DNA of 64,000 nt from a virus (lineage: Duplodnaviria > Caudoviricetes). Below the pieces are notes generated by a model. That model did no database searches and had not been told where the DNA came from. It saw only the letters and a program-made list of their open reading frames with translations. Numbering within the stretch: the stretch's first letter is position 1; each line of letters opens with the position of its first letter. Shown piece after piece: positions 46,291 to 57,594 of the stretch. The translations under genes and the position numbers were made by a program. The DNA is taken from IMG/VR virus record IMGVR_UViG_3300028886_000036, positions 211,467 to 275,466 of that record; one strand, given 5' to 3'.

Positions 46291-47298
46291 ATGTATAAAG
46301 GAATATCTACATCACCTACAGATATATTAGGTGGAATGAATGTCCCAGTACTTGGGGATGTGCCTAATCAGTCGATTCCTATGCAAAGCAACTTCTCTTC
46401 CGAACTAAATCTTAATAGCTATGAAACAAGAATCTTTTCCAATACTAGTATTCTGTATAAGAATCTTTTAGATTGGAGTAAAGTATATATCATAAAATTA
46501 CCTAATCAATTATCTGCAGTACCTGCTCTAATCACTCAAACTGGGAAGATATGTTTAAATATGGATGTAGCTGCAGTACACCTTAACTTAAACAAAAATA
46601 ATATAGTTATTGAAGACGCCAATGACTTTAGTGCAGCGGTATTGTTTGGGTTAAATATGTTATTGTTTACCCAAAAACAAGATCCATCTTTGTTGAGCAT
46701 AGCATTTCATGCTATAGTTGATTTTATATATTCTTTAATAACGCAAGTATACCAGTTTGATATAGATTTTAGCAAGATCAATAATCAAGATATAGCTAAT
46801 ATGTATTGTGCTGTAGCTAAAATGGTTATCAATAACTATCTAGGTTTAGAAGGAACTAATGTAAATGGAGTTGCTAGAACTTTAACTCACTACTTTTTTT
46901 CAAAGGATACTAGGTCTAGAGTACCTTATGATCCATCACTTCTTCCAATAACTCCAGATATAGTGATTAACAACTATGCAGATTTGTTTAATTACTTTAA
47001 CACACAAAATATACTTCCATCAACTTCTTTAGAAGATTTTAGAAACAAGGTTATTACAAAATTATCATTAACTGCTTTAATGTGCATGGCTAACGGACTA
47101 ACTTTTGCTAGCATGATCTTAACTAGTAGACTCCCATCTAATGTATTCAATGATAGAGTTACTAAAGTAAAACCGCAATCTGCTAATAAACTTTTTTCAG
47201 CAGTACTTCAAGTATTGACTAAAGAGTATATGGATAAACGAGAGACTGAAAGACAAGGTGGGTTAATATCGTCACAGACTAATGGTAGTTGGCAATGA
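46291..47298 (+). CDS. hypothetical (probably virion) protein
   Basis: 335-aa ORF in the structural operon. Confidence 0.6.
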   Translation: MYKGISTSPTDILGGMNVPVLGDVPNQSIPMQSNFSSELNLNSYETRIFSNTSILYKNLLDWSKVYIIKLPNQLSAVPALITQTGKICLNMDVAAVHLNLNKNNIVIEDANDFSAAVLFGLNMLLFTQKQDPSLLSIAFHAIVDFIYSLITQVYQFDIDFSKINNQDIANMYCAVAKMVINNYLGLEGTNVNGVARTLTHYFFSKDTRSRVPYDPSLLPITPDIVINNYADLFNYFNTQNILPSTSLEDFRNKVITKLSLTALMCMANGLTFASMILTSRLPSNVFNDRVTKVKPQSANKLFSAVLQVLTKEYMDKRETERQGGLISSQTNGSWQ

Positions 47299-48530
47299 GT
47301 AATTATTATAATCCTGATACTACTGGTTATACTATAAAAGCTACTTTGAAACTTGGCCCTGAAAAAAAGCGTGTAGAAATAGACATAAGTAGATTTATTA
47401 AGACTATTACATATAGTATAGTAAACTTTGATTTTTTACCTTCAGTAGAGTTAACGTTTATTATCAATACTTATTATACTAATCTTTTATCTAATCCATA
47501 TGAATTAACTTTAGAGATACTTGAAAAAGGTGGAAATAGTGGTGAAGATATTCCTAGAAGTAAAGTATCTGGAACTTTTGTAGCGTTTCCTTCTGATGTA
47601 ACTACTATTAACAAGTCTAATGATACAGAAGACAATTCTAGAATAGAAATAACTGAAGTATTCTTCCCAAAAGATGTTAGTACTACAGTTAATTCAGAAA
47701 CTACATTAAGTATTAGTAATGCTAATCTTTTAAATGCTATAAAGAAACTATTTAAAGCATCTTGTTCAGGAAGTTGTCGTCTTAAATGTGGAAAATTTTT
47801 CAATACTTCTTCACAATCTTATGTAGTGTTATCTAGAGATAAACTCATACCACACATTAAAAACTTATTCAATGTATATGGATTTTATAACAATTCTACT
47901 ATAATGTATGCTGACTTTAATAATTTCTATATTCATAATGTTAATGAAACATTAGTTGGAGAAAAAGACCCATTAGTCTTTTATTGGAATAAAGAGAAGT
48001 TAACTGATAAGTATACTATCAATAAGTATCATTATTGGATACGAACTCCTCCTAGGATTACATCTAGTACAGGTGATAATTCTAATATGTATAGTCAGGA
48101 ATTAGTTTTAATTCAGCACCCTAAACACACTTTATATAAAAAGACAACAGCTAAGTTAAAAAAAGAAGCTAGAAAAAATAAGACCACTGCACAAGTTAAT
48201 AGTTTTGACTATTACGATATAACTAAAAAAACTAAAACCACTATATTTGCTGGTAATAACGATACCATCGCTGGACTAACTAGATTATCTAGTGAAATGT
48301 CATATAACATTACTGCAGATGTAACTGTAATAGATCCTATGATATTAACAGATTGGGTTATTGGTAGAAAAGTAAAATTTGATACAGATATAACAGATTA
48401 CTTTGGATTTGATATGAGTGGATATGTTTCTGGATATACAGTTACTCTAAATAGTAATAATGGAGTTAAATGGGATGGAATTACAGAACTTACCATAAGT
48501 ATAGTGTCGAATGGAGCGTTCATAAAATGA
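47289..48530 (+). CDS. hypothetical, possibly baseplate hub protein
   Basis: 413-aa ORF in the structural operon. Confidence 0.45.
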   Translation: MAMSNYYNPDTTGYTIKATLKLGPEKKRVEIDISRFIKTITYSIVNFDFLPSVELTFIINTYYTNLLSNPYELTLEILEKGGNSGEDIPRSKVSGTFVAFPSDVTTINKSNDTEDNSRIEITEVFFPKDVSTTVNSETTLSISNANLLNAIKKLFKASCSGSCRLKCGKFFNTSSQSYVVLSRDKLIPHIKNLFNVYGFYNNSTIMYADFNNFYIHNVNETLVGEKDPLVFYWNKEKLTDKYTINKYHYWIRTPPRITSSTGDNSNMYSQELVLIQHPKHTLYKKTTAKLKKEARKNKTTAQVNSFDYYDITKKTKTTIFAGNNDTIAGLTRLSSEMSYNITADVTVIDPMILTDWVIGRKVKFDTDITDYFGFDMSGYVSGYTVTLNSNNGVKWDGITELTISIVSNGAFIK

Positions 48531-49522
48531 GTGCACAAATTTTTGATGAAGTAGATTACAATGTATATAGACTCAATAAAATTTGGGATAAAATAGAATC
48601 TAACCCGGTACAACTTACTGAGGCCCCACATGAATATGATTTTGACAGCTATCCAAAATTAGATACTAAAGCGGCACTAGACATTCTAGATATAATTTAT
48701 CAACAGAACAGTTATATGCTGTATAAAGAGCCATGGTATAAGTATCTTTTTATTAGATTAAAAAAAGATATTAAACGTGGATTTGTATCTATGATTAATA
48801 TACAACCAACTATGCTTCAGAAAACTATTAGGTTTTTTTCACCATTACTTTCTTTGTTTAGTGGAATAGAAATGTTTAAAGATGCATTAGATAAAACCAA
48901 CATGTTTTATGAAACTTGTATAATGGGAGTCTATAATAGTTATAAAAATAAAATGTTAATAGTTGTTAACTATATTGACAAATCACAAGTAAGCTTAGAC
49001 ATGCTTAAAACAATATTGCACGAGTATTGCCATTTTTATGCTAGAAAGCATCATGATTTATATGTTAATCTTTTTGAAGATATGGTTGGTAAATTTTATA
49101 AAGAAGTTATTAAAGCTACCTCAATTGGATTTAAGTTAAACATTGATAGAGTTACTGCTCAAAGATTATATGAATGCATTATGAAATGGAACTTTTATAA
49201 ATTAGATAATTTAAAAGCTAAAAAACATAACTTTCAAAAATGTATAGAAGAAATGTCTGAAATACATGAAGAGTTTACTACAGCATACATTAACATGCTT
49301 TCATCTAGAATAGAATACAAACAAGATGATTCGTATAAAAATAGCGCTGAAATTATGAGGCAAGCATATTCTGTAATATCTGACCCTACTATTGCAGCAC
49401 ATATTGTACAAGTAATATATAACTATCAAGAGTATTATTGTGCAGATGAAATCATAGCAGTAATGTCTTTCTATAAACCCAACTATAAACCATATTTACA
49501 AATGTTAGAAAGTCTGGTGTAA
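48527..49522 (+). CDS. HExxH metallopeptidase-like protein
   Basis: ILHEYCH and a distal ADEIIA; ATGA coupling at 48527. Confidence 0.6.
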   Translation: MSAQIFDEVDYNVYRLNKIWDKIESNPVQLTEAPHEYDFDSYPKLDTKAALDILDIIYQQNSYMLYKEPWYKYLFIRLKKDIKRGFVSMINIQPTMLQKTIRFFSPLLSLFSGIEMFKDALDKTNMFYETCIMGVYNSYKNKMLIVVNYIDKSQVSLDMLKTILHEYCHFYARKHHDLYVNLFEDMVGKFYKEVIKATSIGFKLNIDRVTAQRLYECIMKWNFYKLDNLKAKKHNFQKCIEEMSEIHEEFTTAYINMLSSRIEYKQDDSYKNSAEIMRQAYSVISDPTIAAHIVQVIYNYQEYYCADEIIAVMSFYKPNYKPYLQMLESLV

Positions 49523-49527
49523 TAATC

Positions 49528-51345
49528 ATGCCAGAAATTAAAAATGCCATAGATGCTGCACTAGAAAAAATCAAATGCAGAGATATAGAGACTGGGTTTA
49601 AGTATTTTCTAGAGAACTATGCAATGCTTCCTGAATCTGGAACTGGTAGATTGATACATTTTAAGCCTTGGCCTATACAGGAAGAAACTTATATAAAAAC
49701 TTGGGTAGATATTTGGAAGAAAGAAAGAGAAGCTTCTGAAAAAGGAACCAAACCAGAAAAGAATGGTATTATCTTTATGGCATCAAGACAGTGTGGTAAA
49801 ACACAGTTATCTGAAGCTTTATGTGCTTGGTTATTAACTAGTTTTGATAACTACGAAATATTACACTTTACTAAAGATACTACCTTTGCTAAAAAGACAA
49901 TATCTGAAGTACATGCTATGATAGATAATCTTCCAAAGTTCTTGAGACAAGAGTATTTAACTGATACTAAAGATAAGGGATTTACTTTAGCTAATGGATC
50001 AGCATTTAGAGTTGAATCAGCTAACAGTTCTAGTAAAAAGGGTGGTTCTTCAAAAGGTAGAGGTTACAGACCACTTTTAGTATGGATAGACGAGGCCGCA
50101 TTTGTTGACCTTAAAGAACACTTATCAGCTATACTTCCTGCTACATCAATGAGCTTTACAGTTGCTTTAAAGAACAAGATTCCTTATGGTCTTATTTATA
50201 CTTCTACACCTAATGGTAGAAGTGGAACTGGGCAAGGTTTCTATGAAGAATGGTTAGCTTGTGAACAAGGAGATCCTACTAATCTTATAGCAGTTAAATA
50301 TCTTTGGAGTCAGACTGGAGTATATGATGATAAATGGTTTGAAGGAGTTTGTGCTTCAGAGCATTGTACTCCTGATAGAATTAATGCTAAAGTAGATCAA
50401 GAGTATAACTTAAAGTTTATAGCAAATGATGCTTCTCTTTTTCCAAATGAAATCATGGGAGATCTTCAGGATATCAATAAAGCTACTAAGCCTATTAAAA
50501 AAGAAGAGTTTATAGATGGGTATATACATTGGTTTGAATTACCTAATCCTAGAGAAGGCTATATAGTTGGTATTGATACTGCTACAATGGATGGAACAGA
50601 TAGTTCTACTATTGAAGTTATAAACTATACCACTGAAGAACAAGTGTGTGAAGGTAAGTTTAAATGTTCAGTAACAGACTTCTGTGAAAAGTATATACCA
50701 AAAGTATTAGATTATTTACCATTCAAAGTAATTGCTATAGAAAAGAATGGTGTAGGTAATCAAACATTAGAAATGCTTTCTAAAACATATAAGTTTGATA
50801 TCTTTGGGGATTATACAGATATCTATGAACCCAAACTTGGAATTCATTCTAATACCAATAATAGAAAGCTTTGTATAGAACAAATCTACAATCTTTTTAT
50901 GTATAACTTACCTAAAGTAAAATCATATCAATTAAGATTAGAAGCAACTACCCTTGAAAGAAGAAACAATGGTAGAATTGAGGGAGTACCTCATGATGAC
51001 CTTTGTTTTGCTATAGGTTGGTGTAGATACTTAATTGAACATGAGCAAGCTTTTTGTATTAAACATCTTTCTACAGTAAGAAACACAATGACCGCTACAC
51101 AGCTCATTGAAATGATTCCAGATGTTAATGATAAATCTAAGTCTACATTCAATCCAGCTCTTTCAGAAAAGAATCAGAGTATACAATATACTTCTGGAGG
51201 ATCTGAAGTAGTACAAAGACTAATATCTGAAAACTCTAGAAATTTCAGTGGAACTTCTGTAGAAGAGATGCAAGAAATGTTTGAGAAGTATGGTACTAAA
51301 AAGCAACTATACCAATCAGACGAAGATATATGGGACTTGATATAA
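49528..51345 (+). CDS. terL: terminase large subunit
   Basis: ASRQCGKT Walker A, WIDEAAF Walker B, STPNG, and nuclease motifs GIDTA, IEKN and HDD. Confidence 0.93.
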   Translation: MPEIKNAIDAALEKIKCRDIETGFKYFLENYAMLPESGTGRLIHFKPWPIQEETYIKTWVDIWKKEREASEKGTKPEKNGIIFMASRQCGKTQLSEALCAWLLTSFDNYEILHFTKDTTFAKKTISEVHAMIDNLPKFLRQEYLTDTKDKGFTLANGSAFRVESANSSSKKGGSSKGRGYRPLLVWIDEAAFVDLKEHLSAILPATSMSFTVALKNKIPYGLIYTSTPNGRSGTGQGFYEEWLACEQGDPTNLIAVKYLWSQTGVYDDKWFEGVCASEHCTPDRINAKVDQEYNLKFIANDASLFPNEIMGDLQDINKATKPIKKEEFIDGYIHWFELPNPREGYIVGIDTATMDGTDSSTIEVINYTTEEQVCEGKFKCSVTDFCEKYIPKVLDYLPFKVIAIEKNGVGNQTLEMLSKTYKFDIFGDYTDIYEPKLGIHSNTNNRKLCIEQIYNLFMYNLPKVKSYQLRLEATTLERRNNGRIEGVPHDDLCFAIGWCRYLIEHEQAFCIKHLSTVRNTMTATQLIEMIPDVNDKSKSTFNPALSEKNQSIQYTSGGSEVVQRLISENSRNFSGTSVEEMQEMFEKYGTKKQLYQSDEDIWDLI

Positions 51346-51927
51346 ATGGAAATAAATGAAATTGAACTAACTTACAAAGACACCGACTTATTAAAACAGT
51401 ATTACAAACTGCTTACAGATGAGTTTAAAGATTTAAATGATACTACATTTGATAATCTAGTCTATAGACTTAAAAACAAAGAAAATCAAGACATCGCTGT
51501 AGTCAAGGTGTATCTTAATGAAGACAAGGAAATGCTTGCTGGTATTACATATGATTACTATGAACCAATACAAACAATAGGTTTACAGTTTATAATAGTT
51601 AATCCAAAATTTAGAAATCAAGATATTGGTAAGATAGTATATAAACGGATGGCATCTGCATATATGTATCATCTAAAGTTTGTATTTATTGAAGTAGATA
51701 AGTCTGGTTATTCTAAACCATTCTGGGAAAAGCTTGGTTTTAAAGATACTAAAATGCTATATATTCAACCAGCCTTAGAAGGGAAACTCCCCTGTGATTA
51801 TTTTGAACTGTGGGTTAAAGAGTATAACAACAGTGTCTTAAATAAAAGAAATATTGATAACTTTATAGAGTATTATGACAAGTATGCCATAGAGTTGCCA
51901 AAAAAGAAAGAGAGCATTCCTCAATAG
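51346..51927 (+). CDS. GNAT-family acetyltransferase
   Basis: VNPKFRNQDIGK and FWEKLGF. Confidence 0.8.
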   Translation: MEINEIELTYKDTDLLKQYYKLLTDEFKDLNDTTFDNLVYRLKNKENQDIAVVKVYLNEDKEMLAGITYDYYEPIQTIGLQFIIVNPKFRNQDIGKIVYKRMASAYMYHLKFVFIEVDKSGYSKPFWEKLGFKDTKMLYIQPALEGKLPCDYFELWVKEYNNSVLNKRNIDNFIEYYDKYAIELPKKKESIPQ

Positions 51928-51945
51928 GTTTGCTCTCTTTTATTG

Positions 51946-54900
51946 TTAATGTTTAGCTACTAGTTTTGCGATATAACAGAACCTAGCGGTATCTTTAAAT
52001 TTACATCTAGAGCAGGTACTATACTTTCCACATTCACGTTTTATATAGCGTATAATACTAGAATTGCTTCTCCATTTGTACGGAATCCAAATAGATTCTG
52101 TTTCTGCTCTGCTTTGCCTAACTCTGATATAATTATTAACACTAGTATATATCAACAATGTTTTTTGTTTACTTAAATTAATCATCTTTCTTTACCGGTA
52201 ACACCCACCTGATTTAGCATAAATAATTATTATTAATCGGATTTAATATTTTTCTTAGTCTGCAGAAAGAAAACTTTCTTAGCTTACTAGCACGAGCACA
52301 CATAAAGCATTTATCACAACTTACACTACGACAGTATTCTGAGATATCTTTAATTACTTTGGGAGTTTTTGGCTTGCCCCAGCAATCTGGTACATCTAAG
52401 ATAAGATTGGAAAGAATCTTATTTTTTCTAGAATAGTTGTTAATAACTATATAGACTAACGTGTACTTTGTTCTATCCATAGATTTATTCACGTAACCTA
52501 TTTATCATCTTTCTTTACTGGTAACACATGATTCACTATATTGCTTATATTAGTTCTAAAGTTACACATCTTCCAGCCACTAGAAGTATCTTTGAAAAAC
52601 TCACAATTTTTACATCCAACAGCACTACAATGCGCATTAAACCTATATTTGCTTAAGCCCTTGATCTTTGGAAGTTCCCAAGGTCCTAACACTATTTCTA
52701 GAGAAGAGCTTGCATTTAATACAGAATTTAATATAAAGATATAGTATAACCCAGTTAAGTTTTTATTTAGTACAAACAGATAACTCACCACGTCTTTCTT
52801 AATGGATCAAACATAAATCTAACAGAACATAATCCATTTAGCTTTGGGTTTGTAGTTGTGAAAGAACACTTACTACAATAAGTACATCTACACATTCTTT
52901 TTAGTTCAAGCATTTTAGATGGAATATCTTTAAATCTCCATAGATTAGGAGTACGTTCAGTATATTTAATTCTTTTACTTCTGAAGAAGTTATTAACTAC
53001 AATATAAGCCATGTGGTAATTTATTTTTTTCATAGTTATTTACCACAATGTCCGTGGCAGCTACTACAATTATGTGTACACTCTTGTAGTTCAGTAAGAA
53101 TCTGTGAGAATCTTTTTCCATCAATCTTATCTCCGGGAAAATCTTCTCTTTGAGGAACTACTTTCTTATCCTTTCTAACATAAACCGTCCTGCCATTGAT
53201 TTCTCTCATTTCAAATTCCATTAGATGTTTCCTCCTAATCTGTTAGTTAAAATATGAATCTGCTAAAAAGCCCCTATAGCAACTAAACTTTTTGGACGTA
53301 AATTTAGAATTAGAATTATCTAATATACAATCTTCACAACCCTTATTATTATGGCAATAGTCACTAACTAAACCTTCTTTAGAAAAATGATCGCTAGGTG
53401 TAAAGGACTTTTTACTAGCATATCTATTGTTTAATATTATATAAGCTAATACTATAGTCATTTTTTCCACACGAATCTTCTCAAATACACACTTAAACAG
53501 TAATCTTTATATGTATTTAGGATACAATTCTTACATTCACTTTTAACGCAAACATCGTTTATTATTTTTGCTAAAAGCGCACTACTAGATATATCTCTAT
53601 TTAAACCACATACATTGTTATCATGAGTATAAAACAAGGCACTTATACTTATATCAGTTATTTGAATCACCACCCTAACTTATCGTGAAGTTCATAACAA
53701 AGCTTGCTTACATAACAGTCTTTTTTAGTATTTAACATCAAACAATTTCTACAAAGTTTGTCTTTACAATACCTGTCATATAAACACGTATTTCGACAGC
53801 CTTCCTCATAAGCTTCCGGATAGCTGTTCATAATTATTATATACGCTAAAATTATATCTGGTTTCACATAGATCCTCCTTTTCTTAACAAGTACATTCTC
53901 AACTTGCGTAACTCTCGTGATACAGATTTATAATAGCAGCAAGCGATTGTAGTTTCTTCTTCAATATATAACTTACATGAATAACAGCGTGGATTTGAAT
54001 TGCAATAGCTTCCAATAGCTCCAGTTAAGTACTCGTCACTGTTTTGTGTTATCATATTGTTTAGCATTACATAAACCAAATACTTATTCATTTTGTTTAT
54101 ACTTACCTAAAATACTTTTTAATTTTACTTGAAAACAATCAGAAACTACTTTAGATCTTATTATTCTCATTTTACATTTTCCACAGTTACTATGACAATA
54201 CTTTTCAATCAAGTTATTAACTCCTGATTTAGTGTATCGTCCTAACATATCATTACAGAATACGATATATGTAAACAATATATCCATAGTATCACCGCCT
54301 ACCTAGTACATTTCCGACAACCTCTGGTCCCATCCTAGTACGAAAGCTTATAGAATCAATGATATGCTTCATAATAAACCTAGCTATGTTATTGGAGTTT
54401 AATTTATGACGTTTAGCAAGCCATCTATTGTAGCTTACAATGTACATTCCAAGTATAGAAGTTCTAACTAAATTTACTTTATAGTTCATCTTTATAAATT
54501 AAGCCTCCTAGTTCATTAGATTTATCAGGATGTTCAAACTTAAGATATTTAATATTAACTTCCATAAGATCCCTATCAACAGTCCAACTATCTAACTCAT
54601 ATCCTATGAAATGACTAATATTGAGACTACGAAGATACTTGCTAAGTAATAGTGCTTTAGCAGTCATTCTACCCTCCATCGTCTTCATATAAATTATTAT
54701 TCTTTATCACTAGATATACTCTGGCATTGTGCATTATAATCTTATCTGTAGTGTCATTACAAATATGAAAGTCCCATTTAAAGAACATATTCAAAGCTCT
54801 TATGTATGTTACTAGCAGTAATGAAATATTCATTTTTCTGAACACATATTTACTAGATAATCTCTGATCTTTACTTGATAACACCTTAACCCCTTTAAAT

Positions 54901-55027
54901 GCATTTTACAGTCTGTACACACTGGTGGCTCACAGTATTTATTTCGCATATTACTGTCACCATCACCTATATTTAATCCGATAATATCATTACATAATAT
55001 AATATATACTAGCATCATTTCTTTCAT
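51946..55027 (-). other. operon of 14 small ORFs (61-97 aa), mostly Cys-rich paralogs
   Basis: Tightly coupled ORFs at 51946, 52214, 52498, 52785, 53036, 53243, 53458, 53667, 53864, 54084, 54292, 54479, 54669 and 54830; most share an N-terminal YxxxN motif and a Cx3-5CxxCx6-12C cluster; promoter motif at 55075. Confidence 0.75.
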
Positions 55028-55117
55028 AGTTATATTCCACCTTTCAATTCAAAAGATACTTACACAATAACATAATATATTTATAAAAATTGACATATAA
55101 TCTGGAGGTGATTCACC

Positions 55118-55687
55118 ATTAGATATAGATTAAAACTTAAAGAATCTGATCAACAGCAATCTGAGACTCAAATCTTAAAAAAGATGGAGCATCTATCTAC
55201 TATAATGAGACCTATTAAATATGGTTATTTAACTAAAGATGGACGAAAGATTAAAGCATCAAATGATTTTGATGATGTAGAATGGTATAATAGCTATATA
55301 TTACAAACACCGCAAGAAGTTATAAATAACAAACTTGGAGTATGTTGGGATGATGTAGAATTTGAAAGGGCTTATTGTAAAAAGAATGATATCCCACATA
55401 GTACTTTCTTTATAAAAACTCATTATGGTGATGATAGTAATCATACAGTTTTAGTGTTTAAGACTGAGGATAATAAGTTTTATTGGTTTGAACATAGTTG
55501 GCACGATAAACGAGGAATCCATGGCCCATTTATAAATATAAAAGATATCTTTATAACTATATCAAAAGTAATAACAAAAGACCCGCCAGTTAGATTCTAT
55601 AAATATGGTAAGCCACAGTATGGTTGTAATGCTATACAATTTGAAAAATTTGCTACTAAAAATTTAGTCTGGACAGGAGGTGTATAG
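55118..55687 (+). CDS. transglutaminase/cysteine-protease-fold protein (ATT start proposed)
   Basis: GVCWD, HTVLV and YWFE; the frame is open from an ATT at 55118, 7 nt after GGAGGTG. Confidence 0.6.
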   Translation: MRYRLKLKESDQQQSETQILKKMEHLSTIMRPIKYGYLTKDGRKIKASNDFDDVEWYNSYILQTPQEVINNKLGVCWDDVEFERAYCKKNDIPHSTFFIKTHYGDDSNHTVLVFKTEDNKFYWFEHSWHDKRGIHGPFINIKDIFITISKVITKDPPVRFYKYGKPQYGCNAIQFEKFATKNLVWTGGV

Positions 55688-55690
55688 AAT

Positions 55691-56542
55691 ATGCCAGGAA
55701 AAAGAGTTTCTAGTCAAGTACCTTATCCTAGTAAAGCTATAGGAGATTTTTTAGGAGAGGTTGGCAATCTATTACAAACTCAAGTTTATAATAAGTTTAA
55801 GCACGTAATAATTGGATCTTTCAATAAAGCAGTCTTATATTTAGAGCAGCTTAATAATGATAAGAATGTTACTAGTGAACATGGTATGTATAAAGATCTT
55901 CCTATGATGATCTATACACCAACTTTAGAAGAGCCAGTACCACAAGTGGATTATTTATGGAATTATCCAGGTACTCATCCATATATGTCTTCATGGAATA
56001 GACCACCCATTATGTTTGATGATGGAACTATGTTAACTATGACTACTAGAAGAATGCAAGGTAATATAGATTTAAGAATCTTTGTTGATTCACAACCTGA
56101 AGAACATGACATCCAAATGTCTTTCTTAAATTTCTTTAGGGGTCTAAACACAGTATATCCACTTAATAATGTCACATTAGAATTTTGTTTAGCAGACAAA
56201 ATAAAAATGTTAACTGATAGAAATGATGAAATAGTACTCAATCTTTTAGATAGTAATATCAGTCATAAACTTGTAAAAGCCACCAATCAATATGAGTATA
56301 TGATCCCAATAAGTTCTACTCCAACACTAAGATTAGCATCTTTAACTGATGCATCTACTTTTTATGGTGGAACAGATTTTGCTGAATTTGCTTTATCTGG
56401 GTCCTTGCAGTATGAATTAGAAATACCAGCAGTTATTACACTACAAACTGAAGTAGACATTCGATCTATTCAATTTAACATTACAACAGATATTAATACA
56501 GATACTGGAGAAGTACTTGAAAGTTTCATAAAAGAAGTCTAG
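55691..56542 (+). CDS. probable virion (neck/tail completion) protein
   Basis: 283-aa ORF, GGAGGTG SD; function inferred from context only. Confidence 0.45.
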   Translation: MPGKRVSSQVPYPSKAIGDFLGEVGNLLQTQVYNKFKHVIIGSFNKAVLYLEQLNNDKNVTSEHGMYKDLPMMIYTPTLEEPVPQVDYLWNYPGTHPYMSSWNRPPIMFDDGTMLTMTTRRMQGNIDLRIFVDSQPEEHDIQMSFLNFFRGLNTVYPLNNVTLEFCLADKIKMLTDRNDEIVLNLLDSNISHKLVKATNQYEYMIPISSTPTLRLASLTDASTFYGGTDFAEFALSGSLQYELEIPAVITLQTEVDIRSIQFNITTDINTDTGEVLESFIKEV

Positions 56543-56565
56543 TAATAGACTTCTTTTTTTATGTC

Positions 56566-56594
56566 TTGACAAAAAGAAATGATTAGTGTATACT
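56566..56594 (+). promoter_or_regulatory. sigma-A/70-type promoter
   Basis: TTGACA-N17-TATACT. Confidence 0.75.
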
Positions 56595-56626
56595 CTGTAT
56601 ATCTTAAGGAAAAGGAGTTATGAGAA

Positions 56627-56929
56627 ATGTCATGGTTTATTAATTCATTGGGCCTAGTGCTTGGAGTAGGTTTAGCTTGTTTTCTTTTAGCACTTTTAGT
56701 AGGGTCGTGTATGTATTATGCTAATGAGAAATGCGGAGATGAACTAAATGGTTCTTATAAAGTATATCAGGAAGGTAAAAGAAACATTAATATTGGAGGG
56801 AATTGTAGTGTAGTTCAAACAAACGGTACAACTATAATTAAGAATGATGATTATACCATTATAGTTACTAAAGATGGCATTAGTGTTAATGGAAAGAAAA
56901 TTGATCTTAATAAGGAGGAAACTGAATAA
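56627..56929 (+). CDS. membrane-anchored small protein
   Basis: N-terminal TM helix. Confidence 0.7.
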   Translation: MSWFINSLGLVLGVGLACFLLALLVGSCMYYANEKCGDELNGSYKVYQEGKRNINIGGNCSVVQTNGTTIIKNDDYTIIVTKDGISVNGKKIDLNKEETE

Positions 56930-57285
56930 TGTATAACTATGATCCCGAGAGTATGAAGATTAAGATTTGCAAAGAGTGTAAGGGTACTGGTTTTATTGAA
57001 GGAAATGAATGTCCTAATTGTAAAGGCACTGGTAGAATTGTTATTAGAACTAATGAATCTGAATATCAGATTAGTGATATTGAAAATGGTGTAGTTGACT
57101 TTGATAAGGATATTATGAAAGTTAAATTGTGCAAAGCTTGCAAAGGACTTGGGTTTATGTTTGATAATATGGGTAACAAGATTCAATGCACTGAATGTGG
57201 TGGTAGTGGAAGAGTTATTAAATGTGATCCCAAGACAGAACTTCTAATGAGTGAGATTGCAGAATTTAGTCATACTGGAGAATAA
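56929..57285 (+). CDS. DnaJ-type zinc-finger-only protein
   Basis: Four CxxCxGxG repeats. Confidence 0.8.
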   Translation: MYNYDPESMKIKICKECKGTGFIEGNECPNCKGTGRIVIRTNESEYQISDIENGVVDFDKDIMKVKLCKACKGLGFMFDNMGNKIQCTECGGSGRVIKCDPKTELLMSEIAEFSHTGE

Positions 57286-57288
57286 CAA

Positions 57289-57516
57289 ATGGAAGAAAAA
57301 AACAATGAAATTTCCTGTAATAGCTTGATGGAGAAGCTAGACAAACTAGACCAGATTGATGAAAGTATTTCAAAACTAAAGCATATCCCAGATAACTGGA
57401 ATGCAGCCACTTATAGCTTTGTACTTAATGAAATATATCATCTTAGATCTGATTTAAATACTTTAAGAAGTGCCCTTGAAAGAATTAAAATGAATGCACC
57501 AGGATTAACTAGATAA
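57289..57516 (+). CDS. small hypothetical protein
   Basis: GGAG SD. Confidence 0.6.
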   Translation: MEEKNNEISCNSLMEKLDKLDQIDESISKLKHIPDNWNAATYSFVLNEIYHLRSDLNTLRSALERIKMNAPGLTR

Positions 57517-57519
57517 ATA

Positions 57520-57555
57520 AAAAGACTACCTGTCATACGACAGGTAGTCTTTTTT
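57520..57555. terminator. bidirectional intrinsic terminator
   Basis: AAAAGACTACCTGTC/GACAGGTAGTCTTTT. Confidence 0.85.
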
Positions 57556-57594
57556 GTTACAATACTTTTAAGGAAGAATGATACACTAATTTAA

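Noticed and set aside
49528-51345. Intein in the terminase or helicases
   Set aside because: The motifs are contiguous, and no intein blocks or HN|C/S/T junctions were found.
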